Part shown: positions 30,333 to 40,656 of the stretch, piece by piece | How positions within the stretch are numbered: position 1 is the first letter of the stretch | Layout of the letters: every line of letters starts with the position of its first letter | Source: Candidatus Latescibacterota bacterium | GTDB taxonomy: Bacteria > Latescibacterota > UBA2968 | Direction: 5' to 3' | NCBI GenBank assembly: GCA_965204375.1 | Contig: OZ241986.1 | Span: 2,848,001-2,912,000 of the forward strand | DNA length: 64,000 bases | Notes under the pieces: generated by a model | What the model saw: only the letters and a program-made list of their open reading frames with translations | What the model was told of the DNA's origin: nothing | Databases searched by the model: none | Position numbers and translations under genes: made by a program

Positions 30333-30650
30333 ATGGCCCGCGTACCCAGCAATCGAATTGCGACACATCCCGGTGCTTTGCTGCTGGAACAGATAGAGGA
30401 AATGGGACTGTCCGTGAATGGCGTTGCCCGAGACATCAACCTGCCGGCAACCCGTTTGCATGAGATTGTTCATGAACGCCGCGGCGTAAGTGCAGAGACA
30501 GCGATCGCGCTGGGGGTGTATTTTGGGCAGACTCCGGAATTCTGGATGAACGCTCAGAAGACGTATGAGTTATCAAAAGAATGGGTTGAAAACGGTGAGA
30601 AAATTTGCGCGGGAATTCGTCGGCGTGCCAAAGCTCGAGCGGCGATGTAA
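30333..30650 (+). CDS. higA: HigA antitoxin (HTH)
   Basis: THPGALL, RLHEIV.ERRGVS, FGQTPEFWMNAQ..YEL. Confidence 0.93.
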   Translation: MARVPSNRIATHPGALLLEQIEEMGLSVNGVARDINLPATRLHEIVHERRGVSAETAIALGVYFGQTPEFWMNAQKTYELSKEWVENGEKICAGIRRRAKARAAM

Positions 30651-30774
30651 CGTACAGTCATCGAAAAGCGTTAAGTGGTCCTGATCTGTGTAAGAGAAAA
30701 GAATCAGGAAATAGTGAGCGCAAGTGCTAAAGAACAATCATTTATAATTAACTAAAGCCAAGAGGAAATGTACA

Positions 30775-32370
30775 TTGAACCTACAGATACATCCTCAAAC
30801 GTACCAATATCCGGATCTCATCTCAAAGATTGAGCAGGGTTTTGTGAAGATCCCGGCTTTTCAACGTGATTTCGTGTGGTCTATGGAAAAGACACTGTTT
30901 CTAATCGATTCGATTTCTCGACGTTATCCGATTGGGATGTTTCTCTTTTGGCAATCTTCAGACTATATCAACTCCCTGCGAAATATTGGTAATCTAAACA
31001 TTGAAGATCCACCAAAAGGACATCCAGTACAATACATACTAGATGGTCAACAGCGAATCACGTCGCTGTTTGTAGCTCTCAAAGGTGCCCAGATAAACGG
31101 CTACGCTTATCATATCTGTTTAGATCTGGACTCGACGCCGGAGAACGAAGAGACATTCTTCGCTCGGGAACCCGACGGTAAGCGATTCGTTTTGTTATCG
31201 GATTTGTTAGGTGATAATTACGGAGACTTGTACGCCTCACTTACCCAAGAGCGTCAGAGACGATTTAATGAAGTCCGCGACACGTTTCGCAATTACACGT
31301 TCTCCGTTACCCGTGTCGAGGGCGGAGACCTTGACATTGTTTGTGATCTATTTGATCGTATCAACAACACTGGTACTGAACTATCTGTCTTTGATCTTCT
31401 CGTCGCACGAACTTGGTCACCTCCTGATGAATCAAGAGGGATTAAAGGGTTTGATCTACGGCAATCCTTTGAACATCTCACGGACGACCTCTCCAGAGTA
31501 GGGTTCGACGAAATTCCTGAGCCTGTGATGGCACAATTGGCAGGCGCAATTATCAAGTCGGATTGCTCTCGCAAAGGGATATTGACCATCAGACGTAAGG
31601 AAATGCGAGAAGCCTGGCCAGATCTGGTCAAGAGTATCCGCAGTGCTGTTGACTTCATCCGAAAAAAGATCCGTGTCAAAGCATCACGATTACTGCCGTA
31701 TCCTTCCTTGTTGGTGCCATTCTCTTACTTCTTTTTTAGAAACAAATTTCGAAATCCAAATGGCCGACAGTCAGCTTGGCTGACACGGTATTTCTATGCC
31801 AACGGATTTGCTCAACGGCTTTCTTCGGGTACCCAGTCTAAGCTCACAGAGGATATCCATATCATTGACGATCTGGTCGCTAATCGTCCTCCGACATTCG
31901 CCGTACATTTATCAGTAAGTGCCCAAGACATTCAAGCGACGGAACTTCGGATTGGAAATGCTTACTGTAAAAGTGTGCTGTGCCTTCTGGCTGCAAAACG
32001 ACCGCTTGATCTGCGCGATGCTTCCGACGTCATCTTAGACAACCAATATCTTCAGCGGGCAAATAGCCGTCACTTTCACCACATCTTTCCCAGAGGGTAC
32101 CTACGGGGGAAGCTGGGTGCCGAAGAAGCCAATTCCGTGGCCAACATAGCGTTAATACCGGAGGATTTAAATCTAAAAATTGGTGCCAAAGCACCAAGTA
32201 ATTATCTTGATCAGTTTAAATTTGATAACGACAAGTGGGACGATACACTGAAGTCACATGGGATTATGGGGGACACACGTAAGGCTTTGGATGACGATGA
32301 ATTCTTGCCGTTCCTTCAGAAGCGTGCGAAGACTTTGTCGAAGCTTGCCAAAGCCGTTCTCACTCCCTAG
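30775..32370 (+). CDS. GmrSD-like DUF262 + HNH (DUF1524-like) restriction protein
   Basis: IPAFQRDFVW, LDGQQRITS, FDRINNTG; C-terminal HHIFP...N...N. Confidence 0.88.
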   Translation: MNLQIHPQTYQYPDLISKIEQGFVKIPAFQRDFVWSMEKTLFLIDSISRRYPIGMFLFWQSSDYINSLRNIGNLNIEDPPKGHPVQYILDGQQRITSLFVALKGAQINGYAYHICLDLDSTPENEETFFAREPDGKRFVLLSDLLGDNYGDLYASLTQERQRRFNEVRDTFRNYTFSVTRVEGGDLDIVCDLFDRINNTGTELSVFDLLVARTWSPPDESRGIKGFDLRQSFEHLTDDLSRVGFDEIPEPVMAQLAGAIIKSDCSRKGILTIRRKEMREAWPDLVKSIRSAVDFIRKKIRVKASRLLPYPSLLVPFSYFFFRNKFRNPNGRQSAWLTRYFYANGFAQRLSSGTQSKLTEDIHIIDDLVANRPPTFAVHLSVSAQDIQATELRIGNAYCKSVLCLLAAKRPLDLRDASDVILDNQYLQRANSRHFHHIFPRGYLRGKLGAEEANSVANIALIPEDLNLKIGAKAPSNYLDQFKFDNDKWDDTLKSHGIMGDTRKALDDDEFLPFLQKRAKTLSKLAKAVLTP

Positions 32371-32542
32371 TTCTGAGGTGATACATCAGTCGGCCAAACC
32401 CAATGGATAAAGAATAGGAAAAATAATACATCAATCTGCATTGATGGTAGAGTATTGCAATGGTCAAGCGGATTTATGATTATACTACTGGTTACAGCAC
32501 GGGTTCATCATATACTCATTCAGAGAATTAGGTACTGATAAA

Positions 32543-33016
32543 ATGACAAATAACTTCCAGCGTGAAGGATCATCTAGCAACTCCCATGTTGGGAGAGATT
32601 TTGAAGAGGCTGCAATTGGTGTACTGGCCGAGTTTGGTGTAAAAGTTCGAAAGAAATATCCTGTAGAGGTAGGAGTCTCTAATTTCAAAAAGCACCACGA
32701 ATTTGACTTAGGTGCAGATCATCCTCCTACCATAGTTGAGTGTAAATCTCACAGATGGACAAAAGGAGGATATGTCCCGAGTGCCAAACTGACTATCTGG
32801 AACGAAGCGATGTATTATTTTGCATGTTCACCACCTAAATTTCGTAAGATATTCTTTGTTTTAAAAGATGTGCGAGATAAAACAGGAGAGACTCTGTCTG
32901 AATATTACATTAAGAGATATTACCACTTAATTCCCTTTGGAGTTGAAATATGGGAGTTTGACGAAAAGATGAATGAAGCTGAGATCGTGTATGAAGCATC
33001 TCTTGATCTGCAATGA
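32543..33016 (+). CDS. Small PD-(D/E)XK nuclease-like protein
   Basis: GRDFE helix, HEFDL, IVECK. Confidence 0.7.
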   Translation: MTNNFQREGSSSNSHVGRDFEEAAIGVLAEFGVKVRKKYPVEVGVSNFKKHHEFDLGADHPPTIVECKSHRWTKGGYVPSAKLTIWNEAMYYFACSPPKFRKIFFVLKDVRDKTGETLSEYYIKRYYHLIPFGVEIWEFDEKMNEAEIVYEASLDLQ

Positions 33017-33029
33017 AGGCAGTGCATCG

Positions 33030-33099
33030 CGCGCTGAAGGTGTATTTTTGACAGATTTCGGAATGTTGGATGAACGCTCAAAGGATCTGTGAACTATCA
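33030..33099 (+). pseudogene. Decayed copy of the higA 3' region
   Basis: 55/70 nt ungapped identity to 30506-30575 (hand count); reads ALKVYF*QISECWMNAQRICELS. Confidence 0.85.
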
Positions 33100-33212
33100 G
33101 GTGCCGAGACGAGTTAGTCAGTGACCGATTTCCAATATCCAAAAAATATTATACGCTTAGATATTCGGCATGGTGAATAGATTACCCTTGACGCCATCCA
33201 TAGGAAGATAAA

Positions 33213-33461
33213 ATGAGCACATCGAGAATAACCATAACGTTGGATAAAGGGTTGCTCAAACGCCTTGATCATCTCGTGCAAGTGGCTCCTTACTCAAATC
33301 GTGACCGAGTGATTCAAGAGGCAGTTGAAGACAAGCTTAGAAAGGCGAACAGGGATGACTTTGAGAGGGAACTTGTCAAGTTAGATCCGCAATTTGAGCA
33401 GGAAATGGCAGATGAAGGGTTATGTGAGGATGTGCGGGAATTGATTGTCTTAACCAATTAA
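33213..33461 (+). CDS. Ribbon-helix-helix (CopG-like) antitoxin without adjacent toxin
   Basis: RITITLD..LL..LD, NR.RVIQEAVEDKL, KLDP.FEQ.MA.EG. Confidence 0.8.
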   Translation: MSTSRITITLDKGLLKRLDHLVQVAPYSNRDRVIQEAVEDKLRKANRDDFERELVKLDPQFEQEMADEGLCEDVRELIVLTN

Positions 33462-33514
33462 TTGCGGGACAGTGATGAAAGAGTCCCCATTTCAGGACTT
33501 CTATGTGGTAATCT

Positions 33515-33778
33515 ATGTACAATTTTAACTTTAACGTGCAGAATATTGAAGACGGTCAGGGCCTGGGTATTGCGCTGACCGGGATGATCATTGTATTCAG
33601 CGTTTTGACATTGATCAGCGTATTTATTGTAATATTGCCCAAAATATTGGCTGTTGTAGCAAAAAAATTTCCCGAATCTGCGGGACATCATGGCGTCCCC
33701 GTACAGACTGAAGATGATAACTCTGCACTGGCTGCCATTGGCTTTGTCATGCACATGAGGCGCACGGGAAAAACTTGA
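33515..33778 (+). CDS. oadG: Na+-translocating decarboxylase gamma subunit
   Basis: GMIIVFSVL TM segment, AAIG tail, precedes oadB. Confidence 0.8.
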   Translation: MYNFNFNVQNIEDGQGLGIALTGMIIVFSVLTLISVFIVILPKILAVVAKKFPESAGHHGVPVQTEDDNSALAAIGFVMHMRRTGKT

Positions 33779-33810
33779 CGCAACTGATCACAAGATTTTT
33801 CAGGTAACGA

Positions 33811-34938
33811 ATGGATATATTTTACGATTTTTTGAACACAACTGGATTTGCCAACTTGAGTTGGGGCAATGTCATTATGATCGCAATTGGCATTGTGTTT
33901 ATCCACCTGGCGATCACCAGAGATTACGAACCCCTGTTGTTGCTGCCAATTGGTTTTGGCATGATCGTGGGAAACATCCCCGCTATTCCGAGCATGGCCC
34001 TCGGCGTTTACGACGAGGGCAGTGTATTGCGCTATATTTACTTCGGCGTGACATCGGGCTTATTCCCGCCGCTGATCTTTTTGGGAATTGGCGCAATGAC
34101 CGATTTCTCGACACTGCTCTCCAATCCCAAACTGGTACTATTGGGCGCAGCGGCGCAAATGGGCATCTTCCTGACCCTGATCGGTGCGCTATATCTGGGA
34201 TTCTCACCATCTGAATCCGGAGCCATCGGAATCATTGGCGGGGCTGATGGACCGACAGCGATTTTCTTATCGGCCAAGTTGGCTCCTCATCTTTTGGGGG
34301 CCATCGCCATTGCCGCGTATTCGTACATGGCACTCGTACCAGTGATTCAGCCGCCGGTTATGAAGCTATTGACCTCCAGACGCGAACGACTGATTCGCAT
34401 GCCCGAACCACGCAAACCCTCCAAGCGCGAACGCATCATCTTTCCGATAGCTGGCTTCTTGATTGCAACCTTAATTGCACCGGGCGCATTGACCCTGCTG
34501 GGCATGTTGTTTTTTGGCAACTTGTTAAAAGAGAGCATGGTCACAGACCGATTGGCAGAATCCGCACGCACGGCAATGGTCGATATAGTGACAATCTTGC
34601 TCGGTTTCTCCGTAGGCGCCAGCACAGAGGCACAGACATTCTTAACCTCTGATTCGCTTTTGATTTTTGGCCTGGGCGCGCTATCTTTTGCAGTCGCTAC
34701 GGCAAGCGGCGTCCTATTTGCGAAGTTGATGAACGTGTTGACAAAAGAAAAAATCAATCCCCTCGTAGGTGCCGCAGGCGTATCGGCAGTACCCGATTCT
34801 GCGCGCGTCGTGCAGATGGTGGGTCAACAAGAAGATGCACATAATTTTTTGTTGATGCACGCCATGGCACCCAATGTAGCTGGCGTGATCGGCTCAGCTG
34901 TTGCCGCGGGCATCTTGTGGTCGGTACTGGTTCAGTAG
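33811..34938 (+). CDS. oadB: Na+-translocating decarboxylase beta subunit
   Basis: EPLLLLPIGFG, IGIIGGADGPT, AYSYMALVP, GVSAVP, HAMAPNVAGVIGS. Confidence 0.95.
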   Translation: MDIFYDFLNTTGFANLSWGNVIMIAIGIVFIHLAITRDYEPLLLLPIGFGMIVGNIPAIPSMALGVYDEGSVLRYIYFGVTSGLFPPLIFLGIGAMTDFSTLLSNPKLVLLGAAAQMGIFLTLIGALYLGFSPSESGAIGIIGGADGPTAIFLSAKLAPHLLGAIAIAAYSYMALVPVIQPPVMKLLTSRRERLIRMPEPRKPSKRERIIFPIAGFLIATLIAPGALTLLGMLFFGNLLKESMVTDRLAESARTAMVDIVTILLGFSVGASTEAQTFLTSDSLLIFGLGALSFAVATASGVLFAKLMNVLTKEKINPLVGAAGVSAVPDSARVVQMVGQQEDAHNFLLMHAMAPNVAGVIGSAVAAGILWSVLVQ

Positions 34939-34966
34939 GCTCGGCATTTGGCGAAGGATTTTAATT

Positions 34967-36757
34967 ATGGCAAAGAAAAAAGTAATATTTATGAATACAG
35001 CATTTCGCGATGGCTTCCAGTCGGTCTATGGCGCGCGCGTGTTCACGCCCGACTTTTTACCCGCGGTAGAAGCCGCACGCGACGCGGGTATCGATTATTA
35101 TGAAGCCGGAGGCGGAGCGCGATTTCAATCCCTGTACTTTTATTGCAATGAAGATGCATTTGCAATGACCGATGCTTTCCGAGAAGCTGCAGGGCCAGAG
35201 GCCAACTTGCAGACCCTGGCGCGCGGTGTGAATGTAGTCGGATTAGAATCGCAGTCGAGCGACATCATCAAGCTACACGCCGAATTGTTCAAAAAACACG
35301 GTATTACCACCATCCGCAATTTTGACGCCCTCAACGATGTCAACAACTTGATCTACAGCGGGCAATGCATCGCAGATGCGGGATTGCACCATCAAGTATG
35401 CGTGACATTGATGGAATTGCCCCCCGGCTGCACTGGCGCACACGACGCGGATTTTTATGAACAAACACTCCGCGAAATTTTAGATGCCGATATCCCATAT
35501 CACTCGGTGTGTTTCAAAGATGCCTCAGGTACAGCCGTGCCGGCAAAAGTATATGAAACCATTAAACGGGCGCGTCAACTGCTGCCCGACGGCACATTTA
35601 TCCACTTTCACACCCATGAAACGGCCGGGATAAGCGTACAGGCCAATCTGGCAGCGCTGGAAGCGGGAGCCGACGCCATTGATCTGTCGCTGGCACCGTG
35701 TTCAGGGGGCACCTGCCAGCCCGACATTCTGGTCATGTGGCACGCTCTTCGCGGCACAAATTACGATCTGGACATCGACATAGAAAAAGTTCGCGACGCC
35801 GAAGAAGTATTTAAAGAATGCATGGCGGATTACTTTTTGCCACCAGAAGCCACGGCGGTTGAACCCATGATCCCCTGGAGTCCAATGCCGGGTGGCGCGC
35901 TCACGGCCAATACGCAGATGTTGCGCGACAATGGCATCATGGACAAATATCCCGACATGATCAAAGCCATGGGCGACGTAGTCGCACGAGGCGGTTTTGG
36001 CACATCTGTCACACCCGTATCGCAATTCTATTTTCAACAGGCATTTAATAACGTGATGTTTGGACCCTGGGAAAGAATCGCCGAACCTTATGGGCAGATG
36101 GTACTCGGCTATTTTGGCAAAACCCCTGTGCCACCCGACCCCGAAGTTGTAAAAATCGCGTCAAACCAGTTGGAACTTGAACCCACAGATCAGCCGCCCC
36201 TTGAACGCAATGACGCCGATCCCGAAAAGGGAAGAGACGCCGCGAAGAAACTGTTGGACGCCGAGGGAATTGAGGCGACAGATGAGCACATCTTCATCGT
36301 CGCAACGTGCGGCGATAAGGGAATGGATTTCTTGAAAGGCGATGCCGAAATCGGCGTGCGGAAAATCGAAAAGCAGGACGACGCACCCGTGCCAGTTGCC
36401 GACGGCGCAGCAGAATATAAGCTACAGGTCAATGGCAAATCTGTGCGCGTGCAAATTGACGGCAACATCGCCACTGTAAATGGCACAGCTTATACAGTGG
36501 ATATAGAAGATACGGTATCTACACAGGCACCAACACCCGCCAATGCCGAACCCGTAAGCGCGCAAATGCCCGGAAAAGTCATTCGGATTTTAAAACACGC
36601 AGGGGAGCAAGTCCAGGCGGGCGAAGCGATCCTCATTCTGGAAGCCATGAAAATGGAAGTCCAGATCACCTCTCCAAACGCGGGCACAGTCGTCGAAATG
36701 CCCGTCAGCGTAGGCGATCAAGTATCCAATGGTCAGACGCTTGCGATGGTGGGATAA
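34967..36757 (+). CDS. oadA: Oxaloacetate decarboxylase alpha / carboxyltransferase with biotin carrier domain
   Basis: RDGFQS, FKD, HTH, PGG, SVTPVSQ, EAMKM. Confidence 0.88.
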   Translation: MAKKKVIFMNTAFRDGFQSVYGARVFTPDFLPAVEAARDAGIDYYEAGGGARFQSLYFYCNEDAFAMTDAFREAAGPEANLQTLARGVNVVGLESQSSDIIKLHAELFKKHGITTIRNFDALNDVNNLIYSGQCIADAGLHHQVCVTLMELPPGCTGAHDADFYEQTLREILDADIPYHSVCFKDASGTAVPAKVYETIKRARQLLPDGTFIHFHTHETAGISVQANLAALEAGADAIDLSLAPCSGGTCQPDILVMWHALRGTNYDLDIDIEKVRDAEEVFKECMADYFLPPEATAVEPMIPWSPMPGGALTANTQMLRDNGIMDKYPDMIKAMGDVVARGGFGTSVTPVSQFYFQQAFNNVMFGPWERIAEPYGQMVLGYFGKTPVPPDPEVVKIASNQLELEPTDQPPLERNDADPEKGRDAAKKLLDAEGIEATDEHIFIVATCGDKGMDFLKGDAEIGVRKIEKQDDAPVPVADGAAEYKLQVNGKSVRVQIDGNIATVNGTAYTVDIEDTVSTQAPTPANAEPVSAQMPGKVIRILKHAGEQVQAGEAILILEAMKMEVQITSPNAGTVVEMPVSVGDQVSNGQTLAMVG

Positions 36758-36760
36758 AAA

Positions 36761-36780
36761 GAAGTATGAAGTATGAAGTA
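36761..36780 (+). repeat. Heptamer tandem repeat (GAAGTAT)x3
   Basis: Between convergent oadA and birA. Confidence 0.7.
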
Positions 36781-36790
36781 AGCCCAAGCT

Positions 36791-37534
36791 CTAAATCGCC
36801 GCGACATCGCCTGCCCAAATCTCTCTCACCTGACCATCTGGCCCGCGCAACAAAAGCTGGCCGCAGTCGCCAAACCCTGCGAGAACGCCCGTTTTTACAT
36901 CATCGCCCTCGCCAACCGAAATCTCCTCACCGAGATAAACACAGCGATTCTCCCATGCTATGCGGAGAACTGGAAAACCCTCGCTTTCCCAGCGATCAAT
37001 CCACGGAGCAGCCGTCGAAAGGATTCGCGCGAGCACCTGTTTGAGATCGTATTCGCGTCCCGTTTCAAGACGCATAGAAGTGACCGGACGGTCAATCAGC
37101 GCCGCGGTCGTCGCATCCATATTCACGTTGAGACCAATACCAATGACAATTGCCGTGCCATCGGGCTGTTTTTGGTCGCTACGCTCGAGAAGCATACCGC
37201 AAACTTTGGCACCGTCGATCAAAACATCGTTGGGCCACTTGGTTTGCGTACTGATGCCATAAGTTATCAGCGCATCGGATACGCCCAGAGCAATGGCAAT
37301 AGGCAGAGAAGTCAGTTGGGAAAATGCAACTCTCGTAACGAGCAGAAAGGAAAACGTCAAATTCTCATTCGCCCGTGCGATCCATTGACGCTGGTAACGC
37401 CCGCGTCCAGCAGTCTGCTCCCGCGCAGCGATGACAAAGCCAGAAGAGAGCCTCTCACCTTTAGACAGACGCTGGAGAAGGTGCGTATTGGTCGAAACGA
37501 GTTGATCGTGCCATTCGGGCGTTAGAAAATTCAT
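36791..37534 (-). CDS. birA: Biotin-protein ligase (no HTH domain)
   Basis: STN, QTAGRGR, KWPND, KVCGML, GIGLNV. Confidence 0.93.
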   Translation of the reverse strand: MNFLTPEWHDQLVSTNTHLLQRLSKGERLSSGFVIAAREQTAGRGRYQRQWIARANENLTFSFLLVTRVAFSQLTSLPIAIALGVSDALITYGISTQTKWPNDVLIDGAKVCGMLLERSDQKQPDGTAIVIGIGLNVNMDATTAALIDRPVTSMRLETGREYDLKQVLARILSTAAPWIDRWESEGFPVLRIAWENRCVYLGEEISVGEGDDVKTGVLAGFGDCGQLLLRGPDGQVREIWAGDVAAI

Positions 37535-37608
37535 ATAATAAAACCTGATCTCGTATGCTCAAGTCTATCTCATAGGACAGAACCCGTATATCTCTCCACC
37601 GCCGTATC

Positions 37609-37637
37609 TTGACAATAGAATGGAAATAACACATACT
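37609..37637 (+). promoter_or_regulatory. Sigma70-type promoter for the yej-like operon
   Basis: TTGACA-17 nt-CATACT. Confidence 0.55.
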
Positions 37638-37642
37638 TCAAA

Positions 37643-37678
37643 AGGGCAGACGTAGAGGCAAATCTGTGTGTCTGCCCT
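37643..37678 (+). repeat. REP-like hairpin in the yejA leader
   Basis: AGGGCAGAC...GTCTGCCCT with internal GTAGAGGCAAATCTGTGTGTCTGCCC. Confidence 0.6.
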
Positions 37679-37711
37679 CTTTCTTAGACATTTTAACAAA
37701 GGAGCCTGCTC

Positions 37712-39544
37712 ATGAAAACCATTTTATTCGCGCTGGTATTGAGTCTATTGGTCGTCGCAATGCCATTGGCAGATCAGCCCAATTACAAGGGTCACGCGAT
37801 TTCGATGTATGGCGACTTAAAATACGGGCCTGACTTCAAGCATTTCGACTATGCCAACCCCAACGCCCCCAAGGGCGGCACTGTAAAAATGAGTGCCGGC
37901 GGCACTTATGATTGCTTGAATCAATTCATCCTCAAAGGTGTGTCGGCTTATGGGTTGGGGTTGATTTACGATTCATTGGCAGAGAACTCCCGGGACGAGC
38001 CTTTTTCCGAATACGGTTTGCTTGCAGAGTCGATAGAAGTGCCGCCTGACCGTTCATGGGCACTCTTCACATTGCGCTCTGGGGCGCGATGGCACGACAG
38101 CAAACCCATTACTCCGGAAGATGTCGTTTTTACTTTTCAAACGCTTCAAACCAAAGGCCATCCTTTTTATCGCAATTATTATGCGGATGTAAAACAGGTT
38201 GAAAAGGTAGGCGATCGCCAGGTAAAATTTACATTTGGAGGAACGGACAATCGGGAATTGCCCCTCATTGTCGGGCAAATGGCGATCTTGCCCAAACACT
38301 ATTGGGAAGGCAAAAATTTTGAAGAAACAACACTGGAACCGCCGCTCGGCAGCGGACCTTACAAAATTGAAGCACACGATCCCGGACGTTCAATCACCTA
38401 TCGGCGCGTCGAAAATTATTGGGGTGCAGATTTGCCCGTAAAAAAGGGACGCTATAATCCGGACGTAATTCACTACGATTATTACAAAGACAGTACCGTA
38501 GCAACCGAAGCACAAAAAGGCGGCGAATTTGATTTTGCATTGCAAAACAACTCCAAATCGTGGGCAACCGCGTACGATATTCCGGCTGTAGCCGAAGGCA
38601 GACTAATTAAGGAATTAATCCCACATGAAAATGGCACCGGGATGCAGGGATTCTGGTTTAACACGCGACGCAGCAAATTTGCCGATCCCAAAGTGCGACA
38701 CGCACTGGCTCATGCATTTGATTTTGAATGGACCAATACAAATTTGTTCTACGGGCAATACGCGCGTTCAACGAGTTATTATTCCAACACCGAACTCGCC
38801 TCATCGGGATTGCCTCAGGGGCAGGAACTCGAAATTCTGAAAGCATTTCGCGGACAAGTCCCTGAAGAAGTATTTACTGCGGAATACAAACCACCCACAA
38901 CAGATGGATCGGGCAACATCCGCCAGAACTTGCGTGTGGCCGCGCGGATGTTAAAATCAGCAGGGTGGTCGGTAAAAGAAGGAAAACTCACCAACGATGC
39001 ATCTGGCGAAACAATGATGATTGAATTTTTAATCAACAATTCGCCTGCCTGGGAGCGCATTGTGGGACCGTATATTCAAAACCTGGAGCGACTCGGCGTA
39101 GAAGCGGCAATTAAAATTGTGGATACATCGCAATATCAAAATCGCGTTCAAGAATACGATTTTGATGCTATTGTAAGCCTCAGAGGACAGTCATTAAGCC
39201 CCGGCAACGAACAGCGCGGTTACTGGACATCGGCAGCTGCGGATGAACCCGGTACGAGAAATTATGCGGGCATCAAAGACCCCGTCGTAGATGCGCTGAT
39301 AGACCAGCTAATCAACGCACCCGATAGAAAAACCCTCGTGGCGACCACCCGCGCATTGGATCGCGTCCTCCTGTGGGGGCACTACGTAGTGCCGCACTGG
39401 CATATTCGCGCACACCGCGTGGTGTACTGGAACAAATTTGGCAAACCCGATATTTCGCCCAAATACATGCCGCAACCCGGGGGATATTTCCCCGACACGT
39501 GGTGGGTCGATGCTGCAAAAGAAGCGGCACTGAAGAAAAATTAA
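37712..39544 (+). CDS. yejA: Peptide ABC transporter substrate-binding protein (YejA-like)
   Basis: Signal peptide; [36 protein letters not shown]. Confidence 0.88.
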   Translation: MKTILFALVLSLLVVAMPLADQPNYKGHAISMYGDLKYGPDFKHFDYANPNAPKGGTVKMSAGGTYDCLNQFILKGVSAYGLGLIYDSLAENSRDEPFSEYGLLAESIEVPPDRSWALFTLRSGARWHDSKPITPEDVVFTFQTLQTKGHPFYRNYYADVKQVEKVGDRQVKFTFGGTDNRELPLIVGQMAILPKHYWEGKNFEETTLEPPLGSGPYKIEAHDPGRSITYRRVENYWGADLPVKKGRYNPDVIHYDYYKDSTVATEAQKGGEFDFALQNNSKSWATAYDIPAVAEGRLIKELIPHENGTGMQGFWFNTRRSKFADPKVRHALAHAFDFEWTNTNLFYGQYARSTSYYSNTELASSGLPQGQELEILKAFRGQVPEEVFTAEYKPPTTDGSGNIRQNLRVAARMLKSAGWSVKEGKLTNDASGETMMIEFLINNSPAWERIVGPYIQNLERLGVEAAIKIVDTSQYQNRVQEYDFDAIVSLRGQSLSPGNEQRGYWTSAAADEPGTRNYAGIKDPVVDALIDQLINAPDRKTLVATTRALDRVLLWGHYVVPHWHIRAHRVVYWNKFGKPDISPKYMPQPGGYFPDTWWVDAAKEAALKKN

Positions 39545-39549
39545 GTGTC

Positions 39550-40656
39550 ATGGGATCCTATATTTTAAGACGCTTTTTGCTATTTTTTCCAACACTACTC
39601 GGCGTCATGGTGATCAATTTTTTGATCATTCAAGCTGCGCCTGGTGGACCTGTTGAGCAAGCCATTGCACAGATACAGGGCCATGAAGTAGATGCGTCTG
39701 CCCGCGTGGGCAGCGATGGAGGCGAACTATCATCCTCCCAAACCCAGCGGCAGCGCAGTGAGGGATCAACGAGTAAATACCGCGGCGCGCAAGGGCTTGA
39801 CCCCGAACTCATCGCGGAATTGGAGCGGATGTATGGCTTTGACAAACCGGCTCACGAACGCTTCTATCAGATGATGGTGCGCTATTTGCAATTCGACTTT
39901 GGCGAAAGTTTTTATCGCGATCAAACCGTTGTAGATATCGTCATAGATAAAATGCCTGTGTCGATCTCCCTCGGCTTGTGGACGACATTGCTCGTCTATC
40001 TGATCTCGATTCCACTGGGCGTGACCAAAGCCGTGCGCGACGGATCCAAATTCGACGTATGGACCTCGGGCGTGATCGTCATAGGCAATGCCGTGCCGGG
40101 ATTTATGTTTGCAATCTTCTTAATTGTATTATTTGCCGGTGGCAGTTATTTCGACATTTTCCCTCTGAGGGGATTGACCTCTCCCGAATGGGATCAGTTT
40201 GGCCTATTTCACAAAATCACCGATTATTTCTGGCACCTCGCACTGCCCATCGCATCCATGGTAATTGGTGGATTTGCCGGGCTGACCCTCTTGACAAAAA
40301 ATTCGTTTCTGGACGAAATCAACAAGCAATACGTCATGACAGCGCGGGCAAAGGGATTGGAAGAGCGTCGCGTATTGTACGGGCACGTTTTTCGCAATGC
40401 CATGCTCATTGTGATCGCGGGGTTCCCCAGCGCATTTGTCAACATCTTATTCACAGGTTCACTACTGACCGAGATAATCTTTTCGCTCGATGGCCTGGGC
40501 CTCCTGGGCTATGAAGCCACAGTCAACCGCGATTACCCGATCATGTTTGCCACGCTTTACTTTTTTACCTTGCTGGGATTGGTGATGCAATTGGTAAGTG
40601 ACCTGACTTATACACTGGTAGATCCGAGGATTGATTTTGAAAGCAGAGAAGTATAA
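39550..40656 (+). CDS. yejB: ABC permease (YejB-like)
   Basis: [39 protein letters not shown]. Confidence 0.9.
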   Translation: MGSYILRRFLLFFPTLLGVMVINFLIIQAAPGGPVEQAIAQIQGHEVDASARVGSDGGELSSSQTQRQRSEGSTSKYRGAQGLDPELIAELERMYGFDKPAHERFYQMMVRYLQFDFGESFYRDQTVVDIVIDKMPVSISLGLWTTLLVYLISIPLGVTKAVRDGSKFDVWTSGVIVIGNAVPGFMFAIFLIVLFAGGSYFDIFPLRGLTSPEWDQFGLFHKITDYFWHLALPIASMVIGGFAGLTLLTKNSFLDEINKQYVMTARAKGLEERRVLYGHVFRNAMLIVIAGFPSAFVNILFTGSLLTEIIFSLDGLGLLGYEATVNRDYPIMFATLYFFTLLGLVMQLVSDLTYTLVDPRIDFESREV

